From positions 128,001 through 192,000 of the forward strand of contig CAXXIN010000018.1 in the NCBI GenBank assembly GCA_963665275.2: DNA of 64,000 nt. The letters run 5' to 3'. Every line of letters begins with the position of its first letter. Position 1 is the stretch's first letter. The stretch comes from Negativicutes bacterium (GTDB lineage Bacteria > Bacillota > Negativicutes > UBA1444). Of the stretch, positions 1 through 11,620 are shown in pieces. Below the pieces are notes generated by a model. The model ran no database searches, was not told the origin of the DNA, and saw only the letters and a list, made by a program, of their open reading frames with translations. The position numbers and the translations under genes are program-made.

Positions 1-233
1 CGCGATTTTTTGCGCGCTGCTGCATTTTTATGGAGTATGCCTTTGGACGCTGCCTTATCGATCGTGCTTGCCGCTTTGGCAAGCAAAGTTGTGGCATCTT
101 CGACTTTGCCGGCCGCCGCAGTTTCCACTGTCTTACGGACAGCAGTTTTCACGGAAGACTTAACAGCAAAATTCTTAGCGCGTAGTTCAGCATCAGTTTT
201 TACGCTTCGGATGGAAGATTTGATTTGTGGCAA
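1..233 (-). CDS. rpsT: 30S ribosomal protein S20 (3' end runs off window)
   Basis: Manual translation of the minus strand from TTG at 233: MPQIKSSIRSVKTDAELRAKNFAVKSSVKTAVRK...IDKAASKGILHKNAAARKKSR. SD AAGGAGGTG upstream; divergent from lepA. Not in the ORF track because it has no stop in the window. Confidence 0.95.
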   Translation of the reverse strand, partial: MPQIKSSIRSVKTDAELRAKNFAVKSSVKTAVRKTVETAAAGKVEDATTLLAKAASTIDKAASKGILHKNAAARKKS

Positions 234-464
234 GGGATTCACCTCCTTGTGCAAAGGTTACACAGGCTACGGTGAAAATTTTAGCACGCTGGCGTGGAAA
301 ATGCAAGAGCTTCCGGGCTTTCTTTCCTTGAAAATTAGAAAATGCCCATTAATCAAGCGACGGAGGCGGGTATGGACGTTGGCTTGTTTGCCCAGGGCTT
401 GACCGGCGGGCCAAAGTCAATATAATTAATAAGGAATAGAGTGCAAAAAAAAAGGAGCCACGAT

Positions 465-2261
465 TTGAAGACTTCGCATATACGCAATTTCTCCATTATC
501 GCTCATATAGATCATGGGAAATCGACACTGGCTGACCGCCTGATCGAACTGACCGGTACGGTGACCGCCCGCCAGATGGAAAACCAACTGCTGGACCAGA
601 TGGATCTGGAACGGGAGCGCGGCATTACCATCAAGGCTCAGGCCGTGCGGCTTGATTATGTGGCGCAAGATGGCGAAACATACATGCTGAACCTCATCGA
701 TACCCCGGGGCATGTCGACTTTTCCTATGAAGTTTCCCGTAGCCTCGCCGCCTGTGAGGGGGCGTTGCTGGTCGTGGACGCAGCGCAGGGAATCGAGGCT
801 CAGACGCTGGCCAATGTTTATCTGGCATTGGATCATAATATTGAGATTGTGCCTGTCATCAACAAGATAGATTTGCCAAGTGCCGATGTTGAAAAGGTCA
901 TTCGTGAAATTGAAGAAGTAATCGGTATCGATGCACATAATGCGATTCTGGTCAGTGCAAAATCTGGCTTGGGCGTTCCGGACGTTCTGGAAGCGATTGT
1001 GAAGCGCATACCTGCGCCGACTACCGATGAAAGCGCTCCGACGAGAGCACTCATCTTTGATTCCCATTTTGATTCCTATCGTGGCGTCATTTCTTATGTT
1101 CGTGTAATGGACGGAACGATTGCCAGTGGCATGAAAGCACAGATGATGCATAGCGGACGCAGTTTCGAGGTATCAGAAGTCGGCGTTTTTCGACCGTCTC
1201 TCACTCCCATGCCTGAATTGGGACCCGGTCAGGTCGGTTATGTGATTGCCGGAATCAAGAATCTGAAGGAAGTTCGGGTGGGGGATACCATCACGGATGC
1301 AGCGCGGCCTGCCAAAGAGCCTTTGCCGGGGTATCGCAAAGTGACGCCGATGGTTTATTGCGGCATGTATCCGGTTGAAACCAGTGAGTTCGATAATTTG
1401 CGCGAAGCGCTCGAAAAACTACAAATGAACGATGCGTCCCTGACCTTTGAAGCCGAGACGTCAGCTGCGCTGGGTTTCGGGTTCCGCTGCGGATTTTTGG
1501 GACTGCTGCATATGGATGTTGTGCAGGAACGCTTGGAGCGCGAGTACCAGATGTCCCTCGTTATTACAGCGCCCAACGTTATCTATCAGGTCCGCAAGAC
1601 GGACGGAGAGGTCCTGTTGATCGCCAATCCTTCCAAAATGCCGGTTCCACAGGTCATTGAAGCGATCGGCGAGCCCTATGTGAAGGCGACCGTCATTGTG
1701 CCCAATGATTTTGTTGGCGCCATTATGGAACTTTCCCAGGAGAAACGCGGTGAATTCAAGGACATGAAATATATGGACACGACACGGGTCATGCTGACCT
1801 ATCATTTGCCATTGTCGGAAATCATTTATGATTATTTTGACAAACTGAAATCCGTCAGCCGTGGCTATGCATCCCTGGACTATGAGTTGGAAGGCTATCA
1901 GGAGTCTGACTTGGTCAAGATGGATATTTTGCTGAACGAGGAGCCGGTCGATGCGTTGTCGATCATCGTGCATCGGGATAAATCAGTATTCAGGGGACGG
2001 CAGTTGGTGGAAAAACTGCGGAGCCTCATACCTCGTCAAATGTTTGCGATTCCGATTCAGGCTGCTATCGGCAACAAAGTCATTGCACGGGAGACAATCA
2101 GCGCCATGCGCAAGGATGTGCTGGCCAAATGCTATGGGGGTGACATAACCCGCAAACGCAAACTTCTGGAAAAACAAAAAGCAGGTAAAAAACGCATGAA
2201 ACAGGTTGGCAGCGTTGAATTGCCCCAGGAAGCATTCATGGCTGTTTTGAAGCGAGATTGA
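465..2261 (+). CDS. lepA: Translation elongation factor 4 (LepA)
   Basis: [32 protein letters not shown] and C-terminal [21 protein letters not shown] start at 465 follows an AAGGAG SD (ORF track starts at 441). Confidence 0.98.
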   Translation: MKTSHIRNFSIIAHIDHGKSTLADRLIELTGTVTARQMENQLLDQMDLERERGITIKAQAVRLDYVAQDGETYMLNLIDTPGHVDFSYEVSRSLAACEGALLVVDAAQGIEAQTLANVYLALDHNIEIVPVINKIDLPSADVEKVIREIEEVIGIDAHNAILVSAKSGLGVPDVLEAIVKRIPAPTTDESAPTRALIFDSHFDSYRGVISYVRVMDGTIASGMKAQMMHSGRSFEVSEVGVFRPSLTPMPELGPGQVGYVIAGIKNLKEVRVGDTITDAARPAKEPLPGYRKVTPMVYCGMYPVETSEFDNLREALEKLQMNDASLTFEAETSAALGFGFRCGFLGLLHMDVVQERLEREYQMSLVITAPNVIYQVRKTDGEVLLIANPSKMPVPQVIEAIGEPYVKATVIVPNDFVGAIMELSQEKRGEFKDMKYMDTTRVMLTYHLPLSEIIYDYFDKLKSVSRGYASLDYELEGYQESDLVKMDILLNEEPVDALSIIVHRDKSVFRGRQLVEKLRSLIPRQMFAIPIQAAIGNKVIARETISAMRKDVLAKCYGGDITRKRKLLEKQKAGKKRMKQVGSVELPQEAFMAVLKRD

Positions 2262-3406
2262 CAAAGGTGCTTGCAAACTCTCTTGGAATTTATGTCCATA
2301 TTCCATTCTGCCTTGCAAAATGCAGCTATTGTGCATTTGTATCTGCAGTGTGCGACAGGTCTTTGCAGCAGTCCTACGTCGCCGCTCTCTGTGGGGAAAT
2401 TACCGCAGCGGGCGGCGATTTCTCTGTGCCAGTCGATACGGTTTTCTTTGGCGGCGGCACGCCGACAGTTTTGGAGACCACGGCGTTAAGCGCGATTCTG
2501 CAAGTCCTGCGTGCTGCTTTTCCGGTGGCTGCGAATGCAGAAATCAGCTTGGAGGCTAATCCAGGCACAGTAGATCGGAACTCGCTGCAGCTTTTACGGC
2601 AGTCAGGATTCAATCGACTGAGTTTGGGCATGCAGAGTTTTGACGATGCGGTGCTGGCTGGCATTGGGCGGATTCACCGGGCGGAAGACGCAGAAAAGGC
2701 TTTTACCGACGCGCGTGCCGCTGGGTTTGAAAATATCAGTCTGGACCTGATGTATGGGTTGCCGCTGCAAAGTGTTTCGGGATGGAAGAAAACACTGGAC
2801 CGGGCTGTGGCGCTTGGGCCAGACCACATATCGGCATACGGGCTGAAACTGGAAGAAGGAACTCCGTTGGAATCTGCTGTGACAAGTGGGCAAGTTGCAT
2901 TGCCGTCTGAAGAGGACGAAGAGTCTATGTACGATTTGCTCAATGATTTTTTACCTTCCCAGGGCTATGCCCGCTATGAGATTTCCAACTATGCCACTCC
3001 CGGCAGGGAATGCCGGCACAATTTGAAATACTGGAATTACGAGATCTATCGAGGTTTTGGTGTCGCGGCGCATTCGTTTGACGGCGTGGATCGATTTGCG
3101 AATACGGATGATTTATCCAAGTATGTCGAAAGCCTGACAGGCGGCATGTCTTGCGAGGGCTTTCGCGAATCGCTTGATTTGCCTACTGCAATGGCAGAGT
3201 ACGTCTTTTTATCACTTCGAACTTCCAGGGGCTTGAGCGGTACCAACTTTTCGCGGCGGTTTGGGCGAGAATTTGTCGAATACTATGAGGAACCCATTGC
3301 CCGATTGGTGAGACTTGGATTGCTGATGCAGGAAACAGATTCCTGGCGTTTGACCGAACGGGGGATGAAATTGGGTAATCAGGCGTTCGCGGAATTTTTG
3401 CCGTAA
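2258..3406 (+). CDS. hemW: Radical SAM heme chaperone HemW (HemN-like)
   Basis: [14 protein letters not shown] (CxxxCxxC), FGGGTP, YEISNY, HNLKYW; canonical lepA-hemW-hrcA position. Confidence 0.92.
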   Translation: MTKVLANSLGIYVHIPFCLAKCSYCAFVSAVCDRSLQQSYVAALCGEITAAGGDFSVPVDTVFFGGGTPTVLETTALSAILQVLRAAFPVAANAEISLEANPGTVDRNSLQLLRQSGFNRLSLGMQSFDDAVLAGIGRIHRAEDAEKAFTDARAAGFENISLDLMYGLPLQSVSGWKKTLDRAVALGPDHISAYGLKLEEGTPLESAVTSGQVALPSEEDEESMYDLLNDFLPSQGYARYEISNYATPGRECRHNLKYWNYEIYRGFGVAAHSFDGVDRFANTDDLSKYVESLTGGMSCEGFRESLDLPTAMAEYVFLSLRTSRGLSGTNFSRRFGREFVEYYEEPIARLVRLGLLMQETDSWRLTERGMKLGNQAFAEFLP

Positions 3407-3441
3407 AGGCGGAAAACGTAGCGTGGAGCAGGGGCGAAGGC

Positions 3442-3470
3442 TTGACAGGGAAGTCTTTGCATGGTATGTT
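3442..3470 (+). promoter_or_regulatory. SigA-type promoter of the hrcA-dnaK operon
   Basis: TTGACA-17 nt-TATGTT with a TG extension, just upstream of CIRCE. Confidence 0.75.
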
Positions 3471-3480
3471 TGTGTATATG

Positions 3481-3507
3481 TTAGCACTCTTCTTCATAGA
3501 GTGCTAA
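3481..3507 (+). promoter_or_regulatory. CIRCE element (HrcA operator)
   Basis: Perfect TTAGCACTC-N9-GAGTGCTAA directly upstream of hrcA. Confidence 0.98.
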
Positions 3508-3513
3508 CAAGAG

Positions 3514-4554
3514 GTGAAAGTTATGTTGGATGAACGAAAACGACAAGTTCTACAGGCTATAATCGATGATTATATTTCCACTGCGGAACCGATTGGATCG
3601 CGAACGATCGCGCGAAAATGCGGCCTCGGCGTCAGTCCGGCCACGATCCGCAATGAGATGTCCGATTTGGAGGCCCTCGGTTTTTTGGAGCAGCCCCATG
3701 CCTCGGCTGGGCGCATACCGTCCGCAAAGGGGTATCGTTTTTATGTCGATTGCCTGATGGGACCGCAGCAGGTTTCCGACCGTGACACGGTGCTGATCAA
3801 CCAATGGTTCGAACAGAAAGTGCGGCGGCTGGACGAAGCGTTTCAGGAAACAGTCAGGGTTCTTTCGCGGGTGACACGAAATGTTTCGTTGCTGTTGGCG
3901 CCGCAGGCATCGGCCTGTAAATTTAAATACCTGCAATTTTTGCCCTTTGATGCCACGCGGGTAGTGGTTGTTGTCGTTACCGATACTGGCGTGATGGAAA
4001 ATCGGCTGATGGAAATTCCAGAAGGAACTTCCGCCGAGGAACTGCAGCGGATCGCCGGAGCTATGAACCATCGGCTTGGTGGGCTTTCGTTACAGGAAAT
4101 CCAGTCATCTCTGCTGGAAAAGATCAAGGATGATGTGCTGCCCCGGCCGGAATTGCTGGAAAGTGCGATGTCTTTGATCCGGGAAGCAACAAGTGGAACT
4201 CCCGGCGGGGAAAAAGTATATCTGGGCGGAGCGACGCAGCTGCTCAACCAACCGGAGTTCCGTGATGTTGAAAAAGTGCGGCACTTGCTGTCCATGTTGG
4301 AAGAAGACCGATTACTTTATGATATTCTTCATACGCAGGACGGCAATGGCACCATCGTGACAATAGGCAAAGAAAACAAATACTCCGGCATTCAGGATTG
4401 CAGCGTCATTCAGGCCTCGTTCCGTATTGACGGGCAAACAGTGGGAACACTGGCAGTTCTCGGGCCTACCCGAATGGAGTACGCCCGTACGATGGCAGCT
4501 ATCGAATTCATGCAAAAACACATGGAGCAAATCCTGAAAAAATATCAACGATAA
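3514..4554 (+). CDS. hrcA: Heat-inducible transcription repressor HrcA
   Basis: SPATIRNEMSDLE, HASAGRIPS, LGPTRMEY; CIRCE upstream. The start may be ATG 3523. Confidence 0.97.
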   Translation: MKVMLDERKRQVLQAIIDDYISTAEPIGSRTIARKCGLGVSPATIRNEMSDLEALGFLEQPHASAGRIPSAKGYRFYVDCLMGPQQVSDRDTVLINQWFEQKVRRLDEAFQETVRVLSRVTRNVSLLLAPQASACKFKYLQFLPFDATRVVVVVVTDTGVMENRLMEIPEGTSAEELQRIAGAMNHRLGGLSLQEIQSSLLEKIKDDVLPRPELLESAMSLIREATSGTPGGEKVYLGGATQLLNQPEFRDVEKVRHLLSMLEEDRLLYDILHTQDGNGTIVTIGKENKYSGIQDCSVIQASFRIDGQTVGTLAVLGPTRMEYARTMAAIEFMQKHMEQILKKYQR

Positions 4555-4570
4555 GTACGGAGGAGTCAAG

Positions 4571-6157
4571 ATGAATTTCAAGCAAGGCGGCGGCAGCGAA
4601 GTAGATGAGAGTCTGGCCGCGTTGATGACAAATGCGCAAGCGGTGCGGGCAATCGCGGCGGCGGTGCAGGGCACGATAGGACCCAAAGGCCTAGACACCA
4701 TGCTGGTCGATCGCTTCGGTGAAGTAATCATCACCAATGATGGAGTGACGATTCTGGACAAAATGGATGTCAATCATCCAGCTGCCAAAATGGTGATCAA
4801 TATTGCAAAAGCCCAACAACACGAAGTAGGCGACGGAACCACGACCGCCACCATCATGGCGGGAGCGTTGGTAAATGAGGGCGTGGCGCAGGTACTAAAA
4901 GGGGTTCCGGTGGCACGCGTTATCGAGGGAATCCGGCTTGGAATTTCACTGGCGCAGACGGAACTAGGGAAAAGAGCCCGCCATTTTAAAGATCTGAAAG
5001 ACTCCAAACTTACCAATATCGCCATGGTGGCGGGCCGTGACAATGCAGATATCGCAGACCTGGTGGTGCAGGCGGCCCGGCTGATAGGCCGGGAGAAACT
5101 GTTGGAAACGAACTATAAACTTTCTGATATCATCGTTGCCGAGGAGAATGCCCAGAATGAAGTGTTCATGGGCGTTATCGTCGATAAAGAGCGGATGACG
5201 AAAGAGATGCCCGAGCTCGTGGAGCAAGTCTTGGTGATGATCATCGATGATGCACTGGAACCTGAAGAACTTGGGAGCGAGGCGCTGGGAACCGAAGCCG
5301 GCTTCCGGCGTTTCCGGGAATTGCAGGACGAATTCGAAGCAAATGTGCGCAAGATCGTTGAACTCGGCGTAAAGGCAGTGTTGACCGACCGGGGTGTGCA
5401 TGCCAGAGCGGAGGAGATTCTGACCGACGCGCAGATTCTGGTGGTGCAGCGCGTGCCGACCAATGAACTACGCCGCGTGGCGGAACACGTCGGCGCTCGT
5501 ATGATCAAGCGAACCGGGCTGAAGAAAGACCTCGACGAACTTCGGAAGCTCCTTGGATATGCAGAAAAAGTGTACGAGGATGAAAAACTGGAACATGTCA
5601 GGATTATGGGAGGCCGGGGCAAGCCAGCCGCTACGATCCTGGTGGGCGCTGCGACGCAGGAAGTCGTCGGTGAACGACAGCGAATAGCGCGAGACGCAGC
5701 TTCCAGCGTGCAGGCTGCCGTGCGCGGCGGCTATGTGGCCGGCGGCGGGTCAGTCGAAGTGGCGATTGCCCGTGCTATTGAAAAGTCCAGAGGCAGTCTC
5801 AAAGGGATGTCCGCTTATGGACTCGACTGCGTGGTGAACGCATTGAAGCGGCCTTTGGCCCAAATCGTGGAAAATGCCGGCTACAATCCGCTGGAAAAGG
5901 TCGAAAACATTGTAGCTGCGCAGAACGAGAAAAAATCGGACTCACTCGGGATTGATTGTGAGACAGGAGAGATCTGCGACATGGTGAAACTGGGTGTGAT
6001 TGACCCGGCTCCGGTCAAACTGCATGCGTTGAAAGCAGCAGGCGAAGTGGCGACCGCCATTTTACGGATCGATACGATTATCAGGAAAAAAGACGAAGGC
6101 GAACAGGCTGGGCACCCGGTAGGAGGGGACTCCCCTTCAAGTTCACCAGATTTTTGA
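4571..6157 (+). CDS. Group III (thermosome/TCP-1-like) chaperonin
   Basis: TIGPKGLDTMLVD, ITNDGVTIL, HPAAKM, EVGDGTTT, GGGSVE, GVIDP...VK and ILRIDTII are thermosome-type rather than GroEL-type motifs. It lies between hrcA and grpE and has no adjacent groES. Confidence 0.9.
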   Translation: MNFKQGGGSEVDESLAALMTNAQAVRAIAAAVQGTIGPKGLDTMLVDRFGEVIITNDGVTILDKMDVNHPAAKMVINIAKAQQHEVGDGTTTATIMAGALVNEGVAQVLKGVPVARVIEGIRLGISLAQTELGKRARHFKDLKDSKLTNIAMVAGRDNADIADLVVQAARLIGREKLLETNYKLSDIIVAEENAQNEVFMGVIVDKERMTKEMPELVEQVLVMIIDDALEPEELGSEALGTEAGFRRFRELQDEFEANVRKIVELGVKAVLTDRGVHARAEEILTDAQILVVQRVPTNELRRVAEHVGARMIKRTGLKKDLDELRKLLGYAEKVYEDEKLEHVRIMGGRGKPAATILVGAATQEVVGERQRIARDAASSVQAAVRGGYVAGGGSVEVAIARAIEKSRGSLKGMSAYGLDCVVNALKRPLAQIVENAGYNPLEKVENIVAAQNEKKSDSLGIDCETGEICDMVKLGVIDPAPVKLHALKAAGEVATAILRIDTIIRKKDEGEQAGHPVGGDSPSSSPDF

Positions 6158-6182
6158 ATAAACGATTATGGGAGGAGACAAC

Positions 6183-6740
6183 ATGACACACAAGCATAAA
6201 ACTGACCGTAATGAAGACTTGAAGGAGAATCAGCAGTCCGACGCAGAAGCCAAGACGGACTCCACGACAGCACCTGAATCAGAAGTGATGGCGGAAGTGG
6301 TTGTTACCGCCGAATCGGTCAAAACGGAGATGATGGACCGGATTTTGCGGCTGCAGGCGGATTTTGACAATTTTCGGCGTCGAACACGCCAGGAACAGTC
6401 TGAACTTGGGGTATTTGTCACGCAGAATCTGATCAAGGAGTTGCTGCCGGTAGTGGATAATTTCGAAAGAGCGATGACCAGTCGCCCTGCGGAAGATACA
6501 TCCGGATTCGGCGCGGGGATCGAGATGATTCTGCGGCAGCTGAACAGCGTGCTGGAAAAGCAGGGGGTCAGTGTTGTGGAAACTGTTGGCTCCATGTTCG
6601 ATCCGGCAAAGCATGAAGCGATTCTGACGGTAGAAGGCACTGGTCAACCGGAAGGAACGGTTGTGGAAGAACTGCAGAAAGGGTATGCAGTGTCTGGTAA
6701 AGTGATCCGACCCGCACTGGTCAAAGTCGCAGGGAAATAG
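6183..6740 (+). CDS. grpE: Nucleotide exchange factor GrpE
   Basis: LRLQADFDNFRRR, LLPVVDNFERA, FDPAKHEA, KGY...IRPALVKVA. Confidence 0.97.
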   Translation: MTHKHKTDRNEDLKENQQSDAEAKTDSTTAPESEVMAEVVVTAESVKTEMMDRILRLQADFDNFRRRTRQEQSELGVFVTQNLIKELLPVVDNFERAMTSRPAEDTSGFGAGIEMILRQLNSVLEKQGVSVVETVGSMFDPAKHEAILTVEGTGQPEGTVVEELQKGYAVSGKVIRPALVKVAGK

Positions 6741-6841
6741 GGTCGAAAAACCGACAAAATAACAGGGCAAATCAAACAAGAAAATTAAACAAGAAAAGCT
6801 GTGCGGCATGGCCGCACAGCCAGTGAAGGAGGAACTATATT

Positions 6842-8698
6842 ATGGCAAAAGTAATCGGTATCGACCTCGGTACAACAAACTCGGTAGTGGCAGTCATGGA
6901 GGGTGGCGAACCCGTTGTTATCGCCAATGCGGAAGGCAGTCGCCTGACCCCCTCGGTTGTTGGGTTTTCCAAATCAGGTGAACGTTTGGTGGGGCAAGTG
7001 GCCAAACGCCAGGCGATTTCAAATTCAGACCGTACCATCAGCTCGATTAAACGAGAAATGGGCAGCAATTATACCGTTGCCATTGATGACAAAAAATATT
7101 CACCGCAGGAAATTTCTGCGATGATTCTGCAAAAATTAAAGACGGACGCTGAAGCTTATCTGGGAGAAAAAATAACGCAGGCTGTCATTACTGTTCCTGC
7201 GTATTTCAGTGATAGTCAAAGACAAGCAACCAAAGATGCCGGAACCATCGCCGGGCTGGAAGTTCTCCGTATCATCAACGAGCCAACGGCTGCTTCGCTG
7301 GCTTATGGAATCGACAAAGGCGACGACCACACCATTCTGGTATTCGACCTTGGCGGCGGCACCTTCGACGTCTCGATCCTTGAACTGGGCGACGGCGTCT
7401 TTGAAGTCAAATCGACCAGCGGCAACGGGCGACTGGGCGGCGATGATTTTGACGATAGGGTTATGAAATGGTTGGCTGCCGAGTTCAAAAAGGACTCCGG
7501 CATTGATCTTTCTGGTGACCGCATGGCGATGCAACGGTTGAAGGAAGCGGCCGAAAAAGCGAAAATCGAACTGTCGTCACTAATGTCAACCAACGTTAAT
7601 CTACCCTTTATCACTGCAGATGCTAATGGCCCCAAACATCTCGATATCAGTGTCACCCGGGCAAAATTCGACGAACTGACAGCCGACCTTGTCGAGTCAA
7701 CGATGGGTCCCACTCGTCAGGCAATGTCGGACGCCGGTCTGAGCCCGAAAGACATAGATAAAATTATACTGGTCGGCGGTTCAACCCGTATTCCGGCGGT
7801 ACAGGACGCCATCAAAAAATACTTCGGCAAAGAAGCTCACAAGGGAGTCAACCCCGACGAGTGCGTGGCTGTTGGCGCAGCAATCCAGGCCGGTGTATTG
7901 GCTGGCGAAGTCAAGGATGTACTGCTGCTTGACGTGACGCCGTTGTCTCTGGGTATCGAAACCTTGGGTGGAGTTTTCACCAAAATTATCGAACGCAATA
8001 CGACCATTCCGACGGCGAAGAGCCAGACGTTCTCAACTGCGGCGGACAATCAGCCGTCCGTCGATGTGCACGTTTTGCAGGGCGAGCGCGAAATGGCCGC
8101 TTACAATAAGACTCTCGGCCGATTTGAGTTGTCCGGCATCGCTCCCGCGCCACGTGGAGTACCGAAAATCGAGGTTACTTTTGATATTGACGCCAATGGC
8201 ATCGTACATGTCAGCGCCAAAGATCTAGGTACTGGTAAAGAACAAAAGATCACCATCACTTCCGCCTCACAGGGCGGCGGCTTGACGAAGGAAGAAGTCG
8301 AGCGCATGGTGAAAGAGTCGGAAGCAAATGCCGCTGAAGACAAAAAACGCCGAGAAGAAGTTGAAACCCGTAACGGCGCCGACTCCCTCGTCTATCAGGC
8401 GGAGAAGACGCTGAAAGAATTCGAAGGCAAAGCCGACAAGGCGCTTGCGGACAAAGTTCAGGCAGCTATCGAGGTACTGAAGGAAACCCTGAAAGGCACC
8501 GATACTGAAAAAATCAAGGCGGATACTGAAGCCCTCTCCAAACCTCTTTATGAACTGACCTCCGCTGTTTATCAGCAGGCCGGTCCTCAGGAAGGCGCTC
8601 CCGGACAGGAGGGACCGACTGGATCTGCTGGCGGCTCCAAGCATGATGAAAAAGTTGTTGATGCTGAATATAAAGTGGTAGACGACGAAAAGAAATAA
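6842..8698 (+). CDS. dnaK: Chaperone DnaK (Hsp70)
   Basis: [40 protein letters not shown]. Confidence 0.99.
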   Translation: MAKVIGIDLGTTNSVVAVMEGGEPVVIANAEGSRLTPSVVGFSKSGERLVGQVAKRQAISNSDRTISSIKREMGSNYTVAIDDKKYSPQEISAMILQKLKTDAEAYLGEKITQAVITVPAYFSDSQRQATKDAGTIAGLEVLRIINEPTAASLAYGIDKGDDHTILVFDLGGGTFDVSILELGDGVFEVKSTSGNGRLGGDDFDDRVMKWLAAEFKKDSGIDLSGDRMAMQRLKEAAEKAKIELSSLMSTNVNLPFITADANGPKHLDISVTRAKFDELTADLVESTMGPTRQAMSDAGLSPKDIDKIILVGGSTRIPAVQDAIKKYFGKEAHKGVNPDECVAVGAAIQAGVLAGEVKDVLLLDVTPLSLGIETLGGVFTKIIERNTTIPTAKSQTFSTAADNQPSVDVHVLQGEREMAAYNKTLGRFELSGIAPAPRGVPKIEVTFDIDANGIVHVSAKDLGTGKEQKITITSASQGGGLTKEEVERMVKESEANAAEDKKRREEVETRNGADSLVYQAEKTLKEFEGKADKALADKVQAAIEVLKETLKGTDTEKIKADTEALSKPLYELTSAVYQQAGPQEGAPGQEGPTGSAGGSKHDEKVVDAEYKVVDDEKK

Positions 8699-8768
8699 TT
8701 CAATAATCCGGCTTTCGGAGGGATCGTTTTTCGCATCTTTCCGGAAGCCGATATAAGTTGGTGAGATA

Positions 8769-9902
8769 GTGGCGGATAAAAAAGACTATTATGAACTCCT
8801 CGGCGTTCCCCGTACAGCTACGGAAGAGGAAATTAAAAAAGCGTTCCGCAAAATGGCGCGCAAATATCACCCGGATGTTAACCGGGACGATCAGAAAACA
8901 GCCGAGGCTAAATTCAAAGAAATCAATGAGGCGTACGAGGTTCTTTCCAATCAGGAAAATCGGGCCAAGTACGACCAGTTCGGCCACGCCGCTTTCGATG
9001 GCGCGGCCGGGGCCTCTGGGTTCGGCGGCGGCGGCGGTGGGATCAATGACATCTTTGACATGTTCTTCGGCGGTGGATTCGGTGGCGGTGGGGCGCGCAG
9101 ACAAGGCCCGGAACGTGGATCAGACCTTCGCTATGACATGGATATCACGTTGGAACAGGCGGCAACCGGCCATGCACAGGAGATCGAAATCCCGCGAACA
9201 GAGGACTGCCAGGTCTGTCATGGGACGGGAGCTGCCGCAGGAACGCATCCCGAGACCTGCCCCCAATGCGGCGGCAGCGGACAGGCCCAAGTAGTTCAGA
9301 ATACTCCATTCGGACGCATGGTCAATGTTACTACCTGCAGCCGTTGCCGGGGTGAAGGCAAGATCGTGCACACACCCTGCACAGAATGTAAGGGCAGGGG
9401 TAAGGTGCGCAAGACGCGCCGCATCCAGGTGACCATTCCTCCGGGGGCTGACAATGGCTTGCGACTCAGGATTTCACAGGGCGGCGAAGCGGGAACCCGC
9501 GGTGGCCCGCCAGGAGATCTGTACGTTTACATTTCCGTCAAGCGGCATAAAACTTTCGGACGCGATGGAGACAACCTGGTCTTTGATCTGCAAGTCAGTT
9601 TTCCGCAGGCGGCACTCGGCGATGAGGTAGAAGTACCGACCCTGGACGGAATGGCCAAACTTGAGATCCCTGCCGGCACACAGACAGGAACCGTCCTTAC
9701 TTTGAAAGAGAAGGGAATTCCGCATTTGCGTGGTCACGGCAAGGGTGATCTGAAGATCCGGCTGACCATTGTAACACCGAAAAAACTCTCGGATAAGCAA
9801 CGCCAGCTATTGCTGGAATTCGCCAAGTTAGGCGGCGAGAATATCAAGCCACCTAGCCAGAGCTTCGTAAAAAAAGTCAAAGACGTGCTGGGCGGGGTTT
9901 GA
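8769..9902 (+). CDS. dnaJ: Chaperone DnaJ
   Basis: J-domain HPD, G/F-rich linker, four CxxCxGxG repeats. Confidence 0.99.
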   Translation: MADKKDYYELLGVPRTATEEEIKKAFRKMARKYHPDVNRDDQKTAEAKFKEINEAYEVLSNQENRAKYDQFGHAAFDGAAGASGFGGGGGGINDIFDMFFGGGFGGGGARRQGPERGSDLRYDMDITLEQAATGHAQEIEIPRTEDCQVCHGTGAAAGTHPETCPQCGGSGQAQVVQNTPFGRMVNVTTCSRCRGEGKIVHTPCTECKGRGKVRKTRRIQVTIPPGADNGLRLRISQGGEAGTRGGPPGDLYVYISVKRHKTFGRDGDNLVFDLQVSFPQAALGDEVEVPTLDGMAKLEIPAGTQTGTVLTLKEKGIPHLRGHGKGDLKIRLTIVTPKKLSDKQRQLLLEFAKLGGENIKPPSQSFVKKVKDVLGGV

Positions 9903-9939
9903 GAAGCACAAAGGTCGGCAATCGGAAGGAGGCGACGAT

Positions 9940-10884
9940 ATGAACGATAAATGGGCAGAGATCAGTATTTATACAACACAAGAGGCCACAGAGGCGGTAG
10001 CCGCAGTCTTTCATGAACTGGGCGCAGGCGGGGTGGTCATCGAGGACCCTGATCTGATCCAGTCGTATCGTCGTTCAGGGAACTGGACCGATTGCATTTT
10101 TCCTGACGAACCCGCCGTTGATTTTGTGACGATTGTAGCCTATCTTCCTTCCGATGAAGAACTTCCTGGCAAGCTACGCATTCTGTCAACACGAATCGAT
10201 GAATTGGCCGGCCATTCTCTAGATAAGGGGAAGGGGACCATTCATTGGCGTGAAGTTCGGGAGGCAGAGTGGGCTGATGCTTGGAAGCAGTATTTTCATA
10301 CTTCGCGCATCGGTGAACGGTTCGTGGTCAAACCGTCTTGGGAGGACTATACAGCCCAGCCGGGCGATATTCTACTGGATTTGGATCCAGGCATGGCTTT
10401 TGGTACGGGAACTCATGGAACCACTATTCTCTGCATGGAAAGCCTTGAGAATCTCGTAACACCAGGGATGACGGTATTCGATATCGGCGCCGGATCGGGA
10501 ATCCTGTCCATCGCAGCTGCCAAACTCGGTGCTGTGGCAGTAAAGGCGGTTGAATATGATGTGATGGCGGCGGAAACAGCTCGCCACAATGTTGAAGCCA
10601 ATGGTGTCAGCTCAATAGTCGATGTTTCTCAGGGAAATTTGTTGGACGGTATTGAAGGGCAGGCTGATGTCATTGTGGCGAATCTGATAGCCGACCTGAT
10701 TTTGAAAATGGCTCCGGCCATACCGTCTCATCTGAAACCCGAAGGCTGCTTCCTGGGCAGCGGCATTATCAAGGAGCGTCTGCCGGATGTCACCAGTGCA
10801 TTGGCTCTGCAGGGCCTGACTTTGACAAAAGTGACGGAAGCTGGTGAATGGGCTGCAGTGGTTGCTTGCAGGAGTCAAGACTGA
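9940..10884 (+). CDS. prmA: Ribosomal protein L11 methyltransferase
   Basis: WADAWKQYF, LDPGMAFGTGTH, DIGAGSGILSIAA; follows dnaJ. Confidence 0.96.
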   Translation: MNDKWAEISIYTTQEATEAVAAVFHELGAGGVVIEDPDLIQSYRRSGNWTDCIFPDEPAVDFVTIVAYLPSDEELPGKLRILSTRIDELAGHSLDKGKGTIHWREVREAEWADAWKQYFHTSRIGERFVVKPSWEDYTAQPGDILLDLDPGMAFGTGTHGTTILCMESLENLVTPGMTVFDIGAGSGILSIAAAKLGAVAVKAVEYDVMAAETARHNVEANGVSSIVDVSQGNLLDGIEGQADVIVANLIADLILKMAPAIPSHLKPEGCFLGSGIIKERLPDVTSALALQGLTLTKVTEAGEWAAVVACRSQD

Positions 10885-10885
10885 G

Positions 10886-11620
10886 ATGCGCCGAATTTTC
10901 ATTCAGGGTCCGCTTACCGATTTCATGGATGTTAAAGGGGAAACAGCCAGGCATATCGGATTGTCGCTGCGCATGGCTGTAGGGAGTACGCTCGGCGTAG
11001 CCGGACAGGACGGGCGCTGCGGCGAGGCCGAAATTGTCAGGATTACGCCCGAAACTGTAACGTTGGCGCTAAAAAACATTAGCGCCTCGACGGAGCCGCC
11101 TGTGGATGTGTGGCTGGCGCAAGCTCTGCCCAAAGGTGACAAGATGGACTTTATTGTCCAAAAAGCTGTAGAGTTGGGAGTAAAGGGAATCATTCCTTTA
11201 CTGACACAACATTGTATTGTTCGCTACGATGAGGCAAAGCAAACGGAAAAGTTGCGCCGATGGCAGAAAATATCGCAAGAGGCCGCGCAGCAGAGCGGAC
11301 GCGGGGTCATTCCGGCAGTCGGACCTTTCGTCACGATGCAGGCATTGTTTGAACACGTTTCGCCGGAGACACGGGTGCTGACTCTTTATGAGGGCACTGG
11401 GCGTCAGGGGTTACGCTCACTGCTGACGCAGGATCTTTGTGACTCCTGGATATTAATTGTGGGCCCGGAAGGTGGTTTTTCCGAGGCGGAAGCCGAGTAT
11501 TGCCAGAGCAAAGGTGCGTGCCTGACCGGACTGGGTTCGCGGATTTTGCGGACAGAAACGGCAGGATTGGCGGCCTTGTCGGCTATAATGTATGAATGCG
11601 GCGACCTGGGAGGTATTTGA
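10886..11620 (+). CDS. rsmE: 16S rRNA m3U1498 methyltransferase
   Basis: KGDKMDFIVQKAVELGV, EAAQQSGR, VGPEGGFS, LGSRILRTETA. Confidence 0.96.
   Translation: MRRIFIQGPLTDFMDVKGETARHIGLSLRMAVGSTLGVAGQDGRCGEAEIVRITPETVTLALKNISASTEPPVDVWLAQALPKGDKMDFIVQKAVELGVKGIIPLLTQHCIVRYDEAKQTEKLRRWQKISQEAAQQSGRGVIPAVGPFVTMQALFEHVSPETRVLTLYEGTGRQGLRSLLTQDLCDSWILIVGPEGGFSEAEAEYCQSKGACLTGLGSRILRTETAGLAALSAIMYECGDLGGI

Noticed and set aside
10-402. 130-aa + strand ORF
   Set aside because: Antisense shadow of rpsT, which has a clear SD and S20 sequence on the minus strand.
6798-8750. Hairpins flanking dnaK (6798-6820, 8709-8750)
   Set aside because: Probably ordinary mRNA processing or stabilising structures of dnaK operons; no T-tails and no novelty.
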